Assembly: GCF_000018305.1 (NCBI RefSeq)
Contig: NC_009954.1
Span: forward strand, 1,440,001 to 1,472,000
Direction of reading: 5' to 3'
Length of the DNA: 32,000 nt
Source of the DNA: Caldivirga maquilingensis IC-167
GTDB taxonomy: Archaea; Thermoproteota; Thermoprotei; Thermoproteales; Thermocladiaceae
The notes beneath the pieces were generated by a model, which searched no databases, had not been told where the DNA came from, and worked only from the letters and a program-made list of their open reading frames with translations. The number at the start of each line of letters is the position of its first letter. The stretch's first letter is position 1. The position numbers were made by a program, and so were the translations under genes. Shown piece after piece: positions 1 to 7,794 of this stretch.

Positions 1-497
1 ACAGCACCAGTAACTATTAGTACTAGGTTCCATTCATGTATGATGCTGTATACTAGTGCATCAAGCATGATGCCAATGAAGTAGAGGCCTTGGGTTAAAC
101 CACCAATTAAACCCCTACCGCCCCTCCAATTCTCAGCAATAACGGCATAAGTTATACCATTTTCAGGATTAACCCCGAATCCCACTAGGAACCACGCCAC
201 GTAAAATTCCCACAGCGTCCTGGCAAAGCCCGCTAGTAATGTCATCAGTGAGAATAATATTACTGATGTCATAAGCCCAATACGCCTACCGTATGCATCA
301 GCAATCATACCGAAAACCACACCACCAATAGCGCCACCAATAAACGATAATGTAACCATCAAGGTAAGTGCGGTAACAGTAACGTGTATTGATAATGATA
401 TTTCAGGAAATAGGTAAACCACTGAGAAGATGCAGAAGGCACTCATGAGGAATGGTACAAGGACACTAAGTACCAGTAGGATACTCCTAATACCCAT
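1..497 (-). CDS. MFS-type transporter, N-terminal portion (gene continues beyond window start)
   Basis: Absent from the ORF track because it runs off the window edge. Reverse-strand translation from the ATG (complement of 495-497) stays open to position 1. It gives MGIRSILLVLSVLVPFLMSAFC...SFIGGAIGGVVFGMIADAYGRRIGLMTSVILFSL...: hydrophobic helices plus the MFS loop motif G-x3-D-x2-G-R-R. Confidence 0.7.
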   Translation of the reverse strand, partial: MGIRSILLVLSVLVPFLMSAFCIFSVVYLFPEISLSIHVTVTALTLMVTLSFIGGAIGGVVFGMIADAYGRRIGLMTSVILFSLMTLLAGFARTLWEFYVAWFLVGFGVNPENGITYAVIAENWRGGRGLIGGLTQGLYFIGIMLDALVYSIIHEWNLVLIVTGA

Positions 498-519
498 AAT
501 TTCATGCCTCTAGATACAG

Positions 520-530
520 TTTAAAAATTA
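520..530 (-). promoter_or_regulatory. TATA-like box for the MFS gene
   Basis: tttaaaaatta lies about 25-30 nt upstream (reverse strand) of the ATG at 497, which fits leaderless archaeal promoter geometry. A near-identical ttaaaaatt copy sits 22 nt away at 543-551. Confidence 0.5.
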
Positions 531-874
531 CCCCTAATATGCTTAAAAATTCACAGGATTGGAGGCATCATTATATAGCAATTAGACAGGAGGGAAGTCT
601 ACTGAAGTTGCATTAAGTTAATTGTGTCTGAATTCAATAAGCAGTGAACACTAAGTAATTGCACCATTAACGTAGCCTTGGTATGGGTAATTCCACATAA
701 CCTTGAGGTGACATTCTCAGGAGTTAGGGGAGTTCCTAACTGGAGTTACTAAGTTGCTCTATTGGTGTAGACTTGTGCAGGTTCGAATCCTACCTTCACC
801 ATTATTGGGATTTAACCATGTTTCATATTATAATTTAAAGTAATGTTTTAAGCCTTATGCCTTATTGAATATGG

Positions 875-1837
875 ATGAATATGGATGTGATTTCACTTGG
901 TGAGCTTATTGCTGAGTTCGTTAGGGTTCATAGAGGGGTTATGCATGATGTTGCTGACTTATACATGGGTCCATTCCCAAGTGGTGCACCGGCAATAACC
1001 ATTGATTCAGCAGCTAGGCTAGGGCTTAATGCGGGTTTCATTGGTGTTGTGGGTAATGATGACTTTGGACACATGATAATTAATAGGCTTAGGAGGGATG
1101 GTGTTGATACTCTTCGTGTGATTATTGATAATGATTCAATAACTGGGTTAGCCTTCGTGGCTTATGATCAATCAGGTTCAAGGAGATTCGTATTTAACCT
1201 CAAGTGGTCTTCATCAGCTAAATTAACACCAAGTCTCATTAACCCAGACTACTTTACAGGGGTTAGGGTTCTTCACGTTTCTGGGTCAACAATGTATATT
1301 GGTAAGGGGCCGAGGGATGCTTGCATTAAGGCAATGAGTGAGGCTAGGCGTAGAGGGGTCTTAGTGTCGTATGATCCGAATGTGAGGGTTGAGTTAATGA
1401 GTATTAATGATACTAGGGAATTATTCCTAAACTCACTAAGGCTAGTTAACGTACTCCTCATTAGTGAGGAGGAGGTTAACGTATTAATGGGTGGTGGAGG
1501 CGCCTTGGAGAATGCCATTAAATTGCTTAATAAGGGTCCTGAAATCATTGTTGTTAAGAGAGGCGTTAATGGTTCATTTGCGGTAAGTAGGGGTAATCAG
1601 TACCATGAGGAGTATGCCTTTGAGGTTAATGAGGTTGACCCAACGGGGGCTGGTGACGTATTTAATGCAGCCTTCATTTACGGTTACCTGAAGGGCTGGG
1701 GGATTAATCAAATACTTAAGTTTGCTAATGCCGCTGCGGCTATTAAGGTGACTAGAATGGGACCCATGGAGGGCCCTGGCGGCATTAATGAGGTTCTTGA
1801 ATTAATGAGGAAGGGTAAGCAACGCGGCGTTAAGTGA
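875..1837 (+). CDS. PfkB/ribokinase-family sugar kinase (KDG-kinase/fructokinase-like)
   Basis: 320-aa ORF. The C-terminal DPTGAGDVFNAAFIYG is the PfkB-family signature. The N-terminal sugar-binding pattern (ISLGELIAEF, GFIGVVGNDDFG) is also present. Confidence 0.85.
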   Translation: MNMDVISLGELIAEFVRVHRGVMHDVADLYMGPFPSGAPAITIDSAARLGLNAGFIGVVGNDDFGHMIINRLRRDGVDTLRVIIDNDSITGLAFVAYDQSGSRRFVFNLKWSSSAKLTPSLINPDYFTGVRVLHVSGSTMYIGKGPRDACIKAMSEARRRGVLVSYDPNVRVELMSINDTRELFLNSLRLVNVLLISEEEVNVLMGGGGALENAIKLLNKGPEIIVVKRGVNGSFAVSRGNQYHEEYAFEVNEVDPTGAGDVFNAAFIYGYLKGWGINQILKFANAAAAIKVTRMGPMEGPGGINEVLELMRKGKQRGVK

Positions 1838-1956
1838 ATTAAATATGTTTATAAATCTCATACCTATTAGAGGTGTGGTGATGAGCCTAGGCTGGGTGAT
1901 TGGTGAGCTTGGTTAATAGCGCTGATTATATGCAAGAGCCTCCTTAAGCATTAATA

Positions 1957-1968
1957 CTTTAAAATAGG
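1957..1968 (+). promoter_or_regulatory. TATA-like box for the MarC-family gene
   Basis: ctttaaaatagg lies about 27-30 nt upstream of the ATG at 1987. It contains the 10-mer TAAAATAGGC, which recurs at the same distance upstream of the next gene (2625-2634). Confidence 0.5.
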
Positions 1969-1986
1969 CGTAATGACTCCAACTAA

Positions 1987-2580
1987 ATGGTAGCCTTCAG
2001 CCTATTTGACTCACTTGTGGCCGCTGTGCAGCTTTACGCAATTATAGATCCACTGGGTGCAATACCCCTACTGGTCAGTGTGCCTGACTACGAGAAGATG
2101 ATGAATAAGTTTCTTAGGCTGGTCGCCGTAACAGTACCCCTTCTTCTACTCCTCTTCGCCTTCGCAGGCCCCTTCATATTCTACGTCTTCAGCATTAACA
2201 TTAACGACTTCAGGGTTGCCGGTGGTATAATACTACTTATAATAGCTATTGATGTGCTTAGGGAGGGTACACCGAAGACCATGGGGATTAACCCTGAGGA
2301 TTACGTTATAGTCCCAATAATAACACCAATGCTTGTTGGGCCAGGTGCAATAACCTCAGTCATGGTTATGGTAACCTACTACAACATATTCAGTGTAATA
2401 ACCGCAGTATTGATAGCCTCCTTGGCAACCTACATTACCATGAAATACTCAGTGTACTTAGTTAAGTTAATAGGTAATAATACGCTTAAAATATTTGCAA
2501 GATTCTTCAGCCTAATAATAGCATCATGGGCAATTCAATTAATAGCCTCAGGAATAATCAACATAGTTAAGGCAATTTAA
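1987..2580 (+). CDS. MarC/UPF0056-family integral membrane protein
   Basis: 197 aa with about 6 hydrophobic helices. The N-terminal AIIDPLGAIPLL motif is typical of the MarC family. Confidence 0.8.
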   Translation: MVAFSLFDSLVAAVQLYAIIDPLGAIPLLVSVPDYEKMMNKFLRLVAVTVPLLLLLFAFAGPFIFYVFSININDFRVAGGIILLIIAIDVLREGTPKTMGINPEDYVIVPIITPMLVGPGAITSVMVMVTYYNIFSVITAVLIASLATYITMKYSVYLVKLIGNNTLKIFARFFSLIIASWAIQLIASGIINIVKAI

Positions 2581-2621
2581 TAACACCAATAACCCCATGG
2601 CGTAAGCTTAAGGGCCCATTA

Positions 2622-2633
2622 ATCTAAAATAGG
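2622..2633 (+). promoter_or_regulatory. TATA-like box for cbiZ
   Basis: atctaaaatagg lies about 28-31 nt upstream of the GTG at 2653. Confidence 0.5.
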
Positions 2634-2652
2634 CTACTGGTTAAGTTCAGTA

Positions 2653-3294
2653 GTGATTAGGCAGGTTAAGGTGGTTAATGGGGACTTAATACTAGTGTTA
2701 AGTAATGCCATGGATTCATTATCAAGCACAGTTGATGGTGGTTTAAGGCATGGTATAAGGTACATCATACACCACCACGTACCCAGTAACTTCAATACTG
2801 ACCCAATGCTGGAGGTTAGGAGGGTTCATGAAGCATTATTAATTAATAGTAATGAGGCGGTAACATTCCTCACAGCCACTGAATTACCTAAGAACCATGT
2901 GATTAATGAGGAGAACATGTATGGTTTAAGCGTCGTGGTCTCATTGACCATTGGTCTAAGTAACCCCTATAGGATCAAGAACGGTAACGTAATTAGCCTA
3001 CTACGTAACCCCTCAACGGTTAATATAGCTGTAATTATTGACGCTAATTTAACTCAACAAGCCCTAGTTGATGCAGTAGCCCTAATAGCGGAAACCAAAC
3101 ACGAGACCCTAAGTGAGTTAACTAACGGTAAGGTTCATGGAACAACAAGCGATGCAATAGCAGTATTATCCTCAGGTAATGGTGAATTAAGGCCATATGC
3201 AGGCCCAGCCACTGACGTGGGTAAGGCCATAAGCCACGCAGTGTACGGTGCCTTGGTTAAGGCCTATGAGATTAATCAATATAAGGATCATTAA
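2653..3294 (+). CDS. cbiZ: adenosylcobinamide amidohydrolase (CbiZ family)
   Basis: 213 aa with a GTG start. CbiZ-like blocks are present: LSSTVDGGL near the N-terminus, TVNIAVIIDANLTQQALVDAVALIAETKHE, and GTTSDAIAV. Confidence 0.7.
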   Translation: MIRQVKVVNGDLILVLSNAMDSLSSTVDGGLRHGIRYIIHHHVPSNFNTDPMLEVRRVHEALLINSNEAVTFLTATELPKNHVINEENMYGLSVVVSLTIGLSNPYRIKNGNVISLLRNPSTVNIAVIIDANLTQQALVDAVALIAETKHETLSELTNGKVHGTTSDAIAVLSSGNGELRPYAGPATDVGKAISHAVYGALVKAYEINQYKDH

Positions 3295-3351
3295 TCATTA
3301 GGCGCATTGACTGGGAAAATTTTTAAAAGGCAATAAACAAGAACCATCAAA

Positions 3352-3425
3352 GCCGCCGTAGCTCAGCCTGGTGGAGCGGCGGGCTGTTAACCCGTAGGTC
3401 CCGGGTTCAAGTCCCGGCGGCGGCG
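3352..3425 (+). tRNA. tRNA-Asn (anticodon GTT), no intron, CCA not encoded
   Basis: Manual cloverleaf: GCCGCCG/TA/GCTC-AGCCTGGTG-GAGC/G/GCGGG-CTGTTAA-CCCGT/AGGTC/CCGGG-TTCAAGT-CCCGG/CGGCGGC/G. All stems pair and are GC-rich. Confidence 0.95.
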
Positions 3426-3436
3426 CTAGGGAATGG

Positions 3437-3457
3437 TTTTTGCCCTTATTCTTTTTC
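3437..3457 (+). terminator. two oligo-T tracts downstream of tRNA-Asn
   Basis: ggTTTTTgcccttattcTTTTTc starts 12 nt after the tRNA 3' end. Archaeal termination commonly uses T-tracts. Confidence 0.5.
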
Positions 3458-3534
3458 AATTCTTAGATGTTGATTAAATTTAATAATAATTTAACCGCAT
3501 TAAGTAGTGGATTTAAGGGATTAATGTGAAAAAG

Positions 3535-3544
3535 CATAAATAAG
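3535..3544 (+). promoter_or_regulatory. TATA-like box for the wHTH/Cas4-like operon
   Basis: cataaataag begins 30 nt upstream of the ATG at 3565. Confidence 0.5.
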
Positions 3545-3564
3545 AGTTATGCCTTTGAACAAGA

Positions 3565-3900
3565 ATGGATACTGCATCTAGGGATGGCTCAACAATCAGG
3601 GAATCATGCAGTAGATTTAGTACAGTGGTTTGGTTGTTCATTAACTCAAGGGGTGCTGAGGTTAGGCTTAAGATTATTGAAAAGCTTAGGGAGAGGCCGA
3701 TGAATATTAATCAGTTGGCTATGGAATTGGGCGTGGATTACAAGACTGTTAAATACCACTTAATGGTTCTTGGGAAATACGGTTTCGTTAGTAGAATTAG
3801 CAATAACTATGGTTCACCGTATTATCTCTCTGATGAAGTGTTTAAACATTGGGATGAATTAATTCAAATCATTAACAGTTATAAATCTTACAAGGGATAA
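3565..3900 (+). CDS. ArsR-like winged-helix transcriptional regulator
   Basis: 111 aa. RLKIIEKLRERPMNINQLAMELGVDYKTVKYHLMVLGKYGFV fits the ArsR/SmtB-type wHTH pattern. The stop lies 7 nt before the next start. Confidence 0.75.
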   Translation: MDTASRDGSTIRESCSRFSTVVWLFINSRGAEVRLKIIEKLRERPMNINQLAMELGVDYKTVKYHLMVLGKYGFVSRISNNYGSPYYLSDEVFKHWDELIQIINSYKSYKG

Positions 3901-3907
3901 TAGTGCA

Positions 3908-4771
3908 ATGGAGCTTATTAATCAGGCACCTGAATTAACCATCACTGAGGGTAAGCCGATTCTAAAGTGGGGTGAGGCAATTTACCCCATCCCTAGGCTT
4001 AAGCACGGTGCCTTATTCCTAATGGTTAATCAACTGGCTGTTCAATTAAGGTTCTGCGAGTACAGGATTCACCTAGACTTCACTAAGGGTAGGGTTATTG
4101 GTAATGAGGCTATTGATGGATTATACGAGCACGCTAGGCAATTCGGTAATATTACCGATGAATTCAGCCTTGAACCAGGCTGGGACCCAGTGGTTGTTAA
4201 TAGGGGTGAGGAGGGGGTTTCCTTCTTCAACATGAGGATGAGGAACTGGATTGGTAAAGCTGACTTCACTAAACCCTACGTTGAGGAGAGGAGCGTAATG
4301 GTGTTGATTAAGAATGTACCAATACTGGGTCTACCTGACCTAATAATTAACAGGGATGGTAAACCATGGTTAATTATTGAACTTAAGACAACCAATAGGG
4401 CTGGTAGACTTGGGTTCCTTGAACCCAGGGAGGCTTATCAAGTTGAGGCATATTACCACTTCCTAAGAATGATGGGACTGGGGGTTGAGGGAGCCCTTGT
4501 GGTTAAGTTAATTAGGGGTATTGGGGTTAAGGTGGTTGACTACGTTGATGCATTAATTAAGGCCTTCATAAATGGGGTTAACTACAGTAGGTTAAGTAAT
4601 GGGGTGGCGGTGCACCTTGTTAGGGTTAGGGACGCCTCAGAATTCATGAGGGAGACTGAGTGGGCTGTGGATTACTGGTTAGGCTCCAGGAACGCCACTG
4701 CAAGCCCAAGTCCAGGTAAATGCAGGGTATGTGACCATAAGCTGCATTGCCCATACAGCCTATCCCGCTGA
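3908..4771 (+). CDS. stand-alone Cas4-family (DUF83/RecB-like) PD-(D/E)XK nuclease with a 4-Cys Fe-S cluster signature
   Basis: 287 aa. Signature residues: C50 (RFCEYR), D144, E158-L-K160 (LIIELK), Q178-x3-Y182 (QVEAY), and C272-x2-C275-x5-C281 at the C-terminus. Confidence 0.8.
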   Translation: MELINQAPELTITEGKPILKWGEAIYPIPRLKHGALFLMVNQLAVQLRFCEYRIHLDFTKGRVIGNEAIDGLYEHARQFGNITDEFSLEPGWDPVVVNRGEEGVSFFNMRMRNWIGKADFTKPYVEERSVMVLIKNVPILGLPDLIINRDGKPWLIIELKTTNRAGRLGFLEPREAYQVEAYYHFLRMMGLGVEGALVVKLIRGIGVKVVDYVDALIKAFINGVNYSRLSNGVAVHLVRVRDASEFMRETEWAVDYWLGSRNATASPSPGKCRVCDHKLHCPYSLSR

Positions 4772-6580
4772 ATCCTCATTAGGTGGATCCCTATTACCGT
4801 AGGTGACGTTTAGGGTTACGTAGGATTGTAGGTAAATGTAGTTACCTGAGGTTACGAATATGGGTACCCTATAGGAACCGGCTAACCTAGGTATTATACT
4901 GCACTTAATCCTTGAGGAACCAGGCTGAATAACAACATCCAGTTGAGTATCTAGGCAAATTAACTTGAACTTAACGTTAACCCCCATGTCATTATCAAAC
5001 TCTAATTCCACATCAATAGGCCTATTAACAAGCCCCCTGTAAACCTCCCTTAGGGGCCTCATGGCTATCTTGAACCTTGAATCCAGGATATTGCGGAACT
5101 CCTCAACCCAATGGTTAATTAAATCAGGATTCCAGAACTCAGCCCACCAGAAGTCACTGTCTAGGGCATGCCATAGGGCGTACCTAGCCTCATTAATCTT
5201 ACCACCCAATGCATCCTCAAGACCCCTCAAGTACCTGTATGAGTCAATGACCTTAACCCAGTACTCTGCATGCTCCCTCCTCTCTCCATCCCACTTAGTG
5301 AAGCCCCCTAACCAGGAGGTTGTGGGTATGTAGGTTATGCTTCTCCTACTCATGTTAACTTGACTAAGCCTAACAGTCTCAATAATGCCTAACTCCTGCA
5401 TTCTACTGAGGTATGAGTAGAATTTATCAAGCATTAAACCAACCATGGCCGGGGTCTTGGACATGGCTATGAAGTTCTCACCATCAAGGGCAATGACCAC
5501 TAATTCACCATTAGTCTCAATAATGGATCTACTGAGCATTGCGGCAAGCTTCACCGCAGACCTCTCGTCAGGGATATTATTCTGGAAGGATAAAATGTTA
5601 CTTAACCTCTCATCCCTAAAGAATACTGTTAACCTACCACCCAGGCTATAGGGTTCATAAATACTCCCCTTATCCCCCTGAACCCCAGGGAAGTGATTAC
5701 CACCATCAAGCACAGTGTAGCCGACCTTATGCTTCTCATATATGTCAAGCAACTCCATACTCCACGCCATTTCAGGAGTCCAAACACCAACGGGATTAAC
5801 ACCCAGGGTACTTTTAGTAACCTCCATACCCACGCCCAGTTCCTCATCAATAACGTCAATAATCTCGTACCTTGATGCTAAGTAACCCAGTATGGTGTGG
5901 GCGTATACGCTTGATAATACATCCAACTGCCCCCTATTAGCCTGAACCCTATACATATCAAGGACCTTAGCCACCGCATTAACCTCACCACTACCCTTTG
6001 CGTGGACTTCACCATTAATGAGGGTATAACCCTTCTCAATGGCATCAACCCACTGCTTAAGTAGGCTTGGGGATAAGTGAATATTCACCTTAACTCCACT
6101 GTACTTGTCATTGAGGAATGCGTGGAATAAGTATGGGCCACCGTTGAAGAAGGGTGCCATAACCGGGGCATGAACGTACCTGAATGCCCAATCAGCGTAA
6201 TACCTGCCGTCACTCATGTACCATGGGGGTTGATGCATGTGGTACACTAAGGCTAATTTAACCGGCCTCCTCCCCTCAATAACCCTCACCTTAATTGACT
6301 CAGTGAATTTACTAGTCCCCGCGTCACCATTAAGCCTAATAACCCAAAGCCCAGCCTCACCCACGGTAAATGATGCGTTAACCGTAGTCACCTCACCGGG
6401 TAGTGCTAGGGCTGAACCAGTCCATGAGTTAACGTGCCTACCCTCCAGTAGGTAGTCGAGGGTTATGTTAACGTTTATTGATGATGATGAATCATTAATC
6501 AACCTAACCTTAACCCCAACCTCATCCCCCACCTTATGCACTGGGCTATCAACATCAAGTAAAGCCCTCACGTAGACCAA
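4760..6580 (-). CDS. GH57-family glycoside hydrolase (alpha-amylase / glucanotransferase type) with extra N- and C-terminal beta-sandwich-like regions
   Basis: 606 aa. KLALVYHMHQPPWY is the GH57 region-I HQP motif, and the core is GH57-like. The track start is TTG; an in-frame GTG at 6571 is an alternative. The 3' end overlaps the convergent Cas4-like gene by 12 nt. Confidence 0.8.
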   Translation of the reverse strand: MVYVRALLDVDSPVHKVGDEVGVKVRLINDSSSSINVNITLDYLLEGRHVNSWTGSALALPGEVTTVNASFTVGEAGLWVIRLNGDAGTSKFTESIKVRVIEGRRPVKLALVYHMHQPPWYMSDGRYYADWAFRYVHAPVMAPFFNGGPYLFHAFLNDKYSGVKVNIHLSPSLLKQWVDAIEKGYTLINGEVHAKGSGEVNAVAKVLDMYRVQANRGQLDVLSSVYAHTILGYLASRYEIIDVIDEELGVGMEVTKSTLGVNPVGVWTPEMAWSMELLDIYEKHKVGYTVLDGGNHFPGVQGDKGSIYEPYSLGGRLTVFFRDERLSNILSFQNNIPDERSAVKLAAMLSRSIIETNGELVVIALDGENFIAMSKTPAMVGLMLDKFYSYLSRMQELGIIETVRLSQVNMSRRSITYIPTTSWLGGFTKWDGERREHAEYWVKVIDSYRYLRGLEDALGGKINEARYALWHALDSDFWWAEFWNPDLINHWVEEFRNILDSRFKIAMRPLREVYRGLVNRPIDVELEFDNDMGVNVKFKLICLDTQLDVVIQPGSSRIKCSIIPRLAGSYRVPIFVTSGNYIYLQSYVTLNVTYGNRDPPNEDSAG

Positions 6581-6686
6581 TTTAATGAAACCCTATATAA
6601 CCTTTCCGCGTATAATAAGGGGCTTTAATGCATGGAATATGGAGGCGATGAGTAACTGTGCGTGTTTTTTAAGGGGGTTAAGAAAA

Positions 6687-6696
6687 CTTTATAACT
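6687..6696 (+). promoter_or_regulatory. TATA-like box for taw1
   Basis: ctttataact lies about 25-31 nt upstream of the GTG at 6718. The divergent GH57 gene has its own ttatatagg-type box on the other strand near 6593-6604. Confidence 0.5.
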
Positions 6697-6717
6697 TAAT
6701 GTTAAGCCCTAGAATAC

Positions 6718-7794
6718 GTGGAGAATAGTGAGGTTAAGGTTAAGTTAAGGTACCATGAATTCATTGAGGGCAAGGTTAGGATTAGTGTTGATGCCTTACC
6801 CATGCTTAAGAACGCCCACTATGGAGTCTACGGTCACGCAACGGTTGAATTATGCCACTGGACTAAGAGTGCCTTGACAGGTGGACCCAGTTGCTACAAG
6901 GTTAAGTTCTACGGTGCCCCAGTTGGTGGTTCACATAGGTGTGTTGAAATGGGGCCAGTGGGTATGATGTGTAGTAATAAGTGTGTCTATTGTTGGAGGC
7001 CATCAGAGTCCTTTGACCCTTATGAGCCTATGAGCCTGGAGGTCATGGATCCAGTGGATATGGTTAACGGTATACTTAAGGAGAGGAGGAGGTTATTGTC
7101 GGGTTACTTTGGTCATGCTAAGAGCAGTAGAGATAAGGTTAATGAAGCCCTTCAACCAACCCACTGGGCTATTTCACTATCAGGGGAACCAACAATGTAC
7201 CCTAGGTTACCTGAACTCATAAAGTACATTAAATCACTCCCAAGCACTAAGTCGGTTTTCCTAGTCACCAATGGCCTCTACCCTGAGATGATTGAGAAGC
7301 TTTGGCGTGAGGACGCGTTGCCAACTCAACTCTACCTAAGCCTAAACGCGCCAAATAAGGAGTTATTCCTTAAGATAGCTAACCCCGTGGTTCACAGGGA
7401 TGATGCCTGGGAAAGGGTTTTAAGGAGCCTTGAATTACTAGCCAAGATACCCACCAGGACTGTGGTTAGGATAACCCTGATTAAGGGTTGGAACACGGGT
7501 AGTGAACTACTGGGTCAATTCGCCGAGGTGTTAGGCATAGGTAATCCACACTTCATTGAGCCTAAATCCTACATGCATCTAGGTCATTCAGTGTATAAGC
7601 TCAGTAAACTTAACATGCTTAGGCATGAGGAGGTTAAGGAGTGGAGTCTAAGCCTACTGAAGGCCCTTGAGTCAAGGGGCTTAAGGTACATATTCATGGA
7701 TGAGGACCCCAATTCAAGGATAACCGTACTACAGAACATGAATAGGTACGTTGATAGGTGGATTGAGAAGCCTAGTAGTGAAGCTAACCCTTAG
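6718..7794 (+). CDS. taw1: tRNA 4-demethylwyosine synthase (radical SAM, Taw1/TYW1)
   Basis: 358 aa. The radical-SAM motif is C-SNK-C-VY-C. Three upstream Cys (ELCHW, SCYK, RCVE) could bind the auxiliary cluster. Confidence 0.85.
   Translation: MENSEVKVKLRYHEFIEGKVRISVDALPMLKNAHYGVYGHATVELCHWTKSALTGGPSCYKVKFYGAPVGGSHRCVEMGPVGMMCSNKCVYCWRPSESFDPYEPMSLEVMDPVDMVNGILKERRRLLSGYFGHAKSSRDKVNEALQPTHWAISLSGEPTMYPRLPELIKYIKSLPSTKSVFLVTNGLYPEMIEKLWREDALPTQLYLSLNAPNKELFLKIANPVVHRDDAWERVLRSLELLAKIPTRTVVRITLIKGWNTGSELLGQFAEVLGIGNPHFIEPKSYMHLGHSVYKLSKLNMLRHEEVKEWSLSLLKALESRGLRYIFMDEDPNSRITVLQNMNRYVDRWIEKPSSEANP

Noticed and set aside
585-775. Possible reduced (type T) RNase P RNA. GGAGGGAAGTCTAC (588-602) resembles the CR-I/P4 5' strand, and AAGTCTAC (595-602) is perfectly complementary to GTAGACTT (767-774), like a P4 helix.
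   Set aside because: No ACAGAA-like J2/4 (CR-V) motif precedes the 3' strand. There is no room for P1-P3 between the nearest TATA-like box and the CR-I-like motif. The region is only about 38% GC by eye, whereas structural RNAs of hyperthermophiles, including both tRNAs here, are strongly GC-rich. One 8-bp long-range complement in about 300 nt is expected by chance.
1849-1916. An 11-codon mini-ORF (MSLGWVIGELG) behind a tttataaa box and GAGGTG between the PfkB and MarC genes, considered as a leader peptide.
   Set aside because: It is too short and unsupported. The TATA-like sequence may simply be part of the AT-rich terminator/promoter spacer.
3426-3564. An att-site duplication of the tRNA-Asn 3' end (or of tRNA-Arg) marking an integrated element inside the window.
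   Set aside because: I did not find a second copy of the tRNA 3' halves (for example GGGTTCAAGTCCCGG or GGGTTCGAATCCCAC) elsewhere in the 32 kb. Genes next to both tRNAs have native-looking codon usage, except the small ORF at 12715. This cannot be excluded beyond the window.
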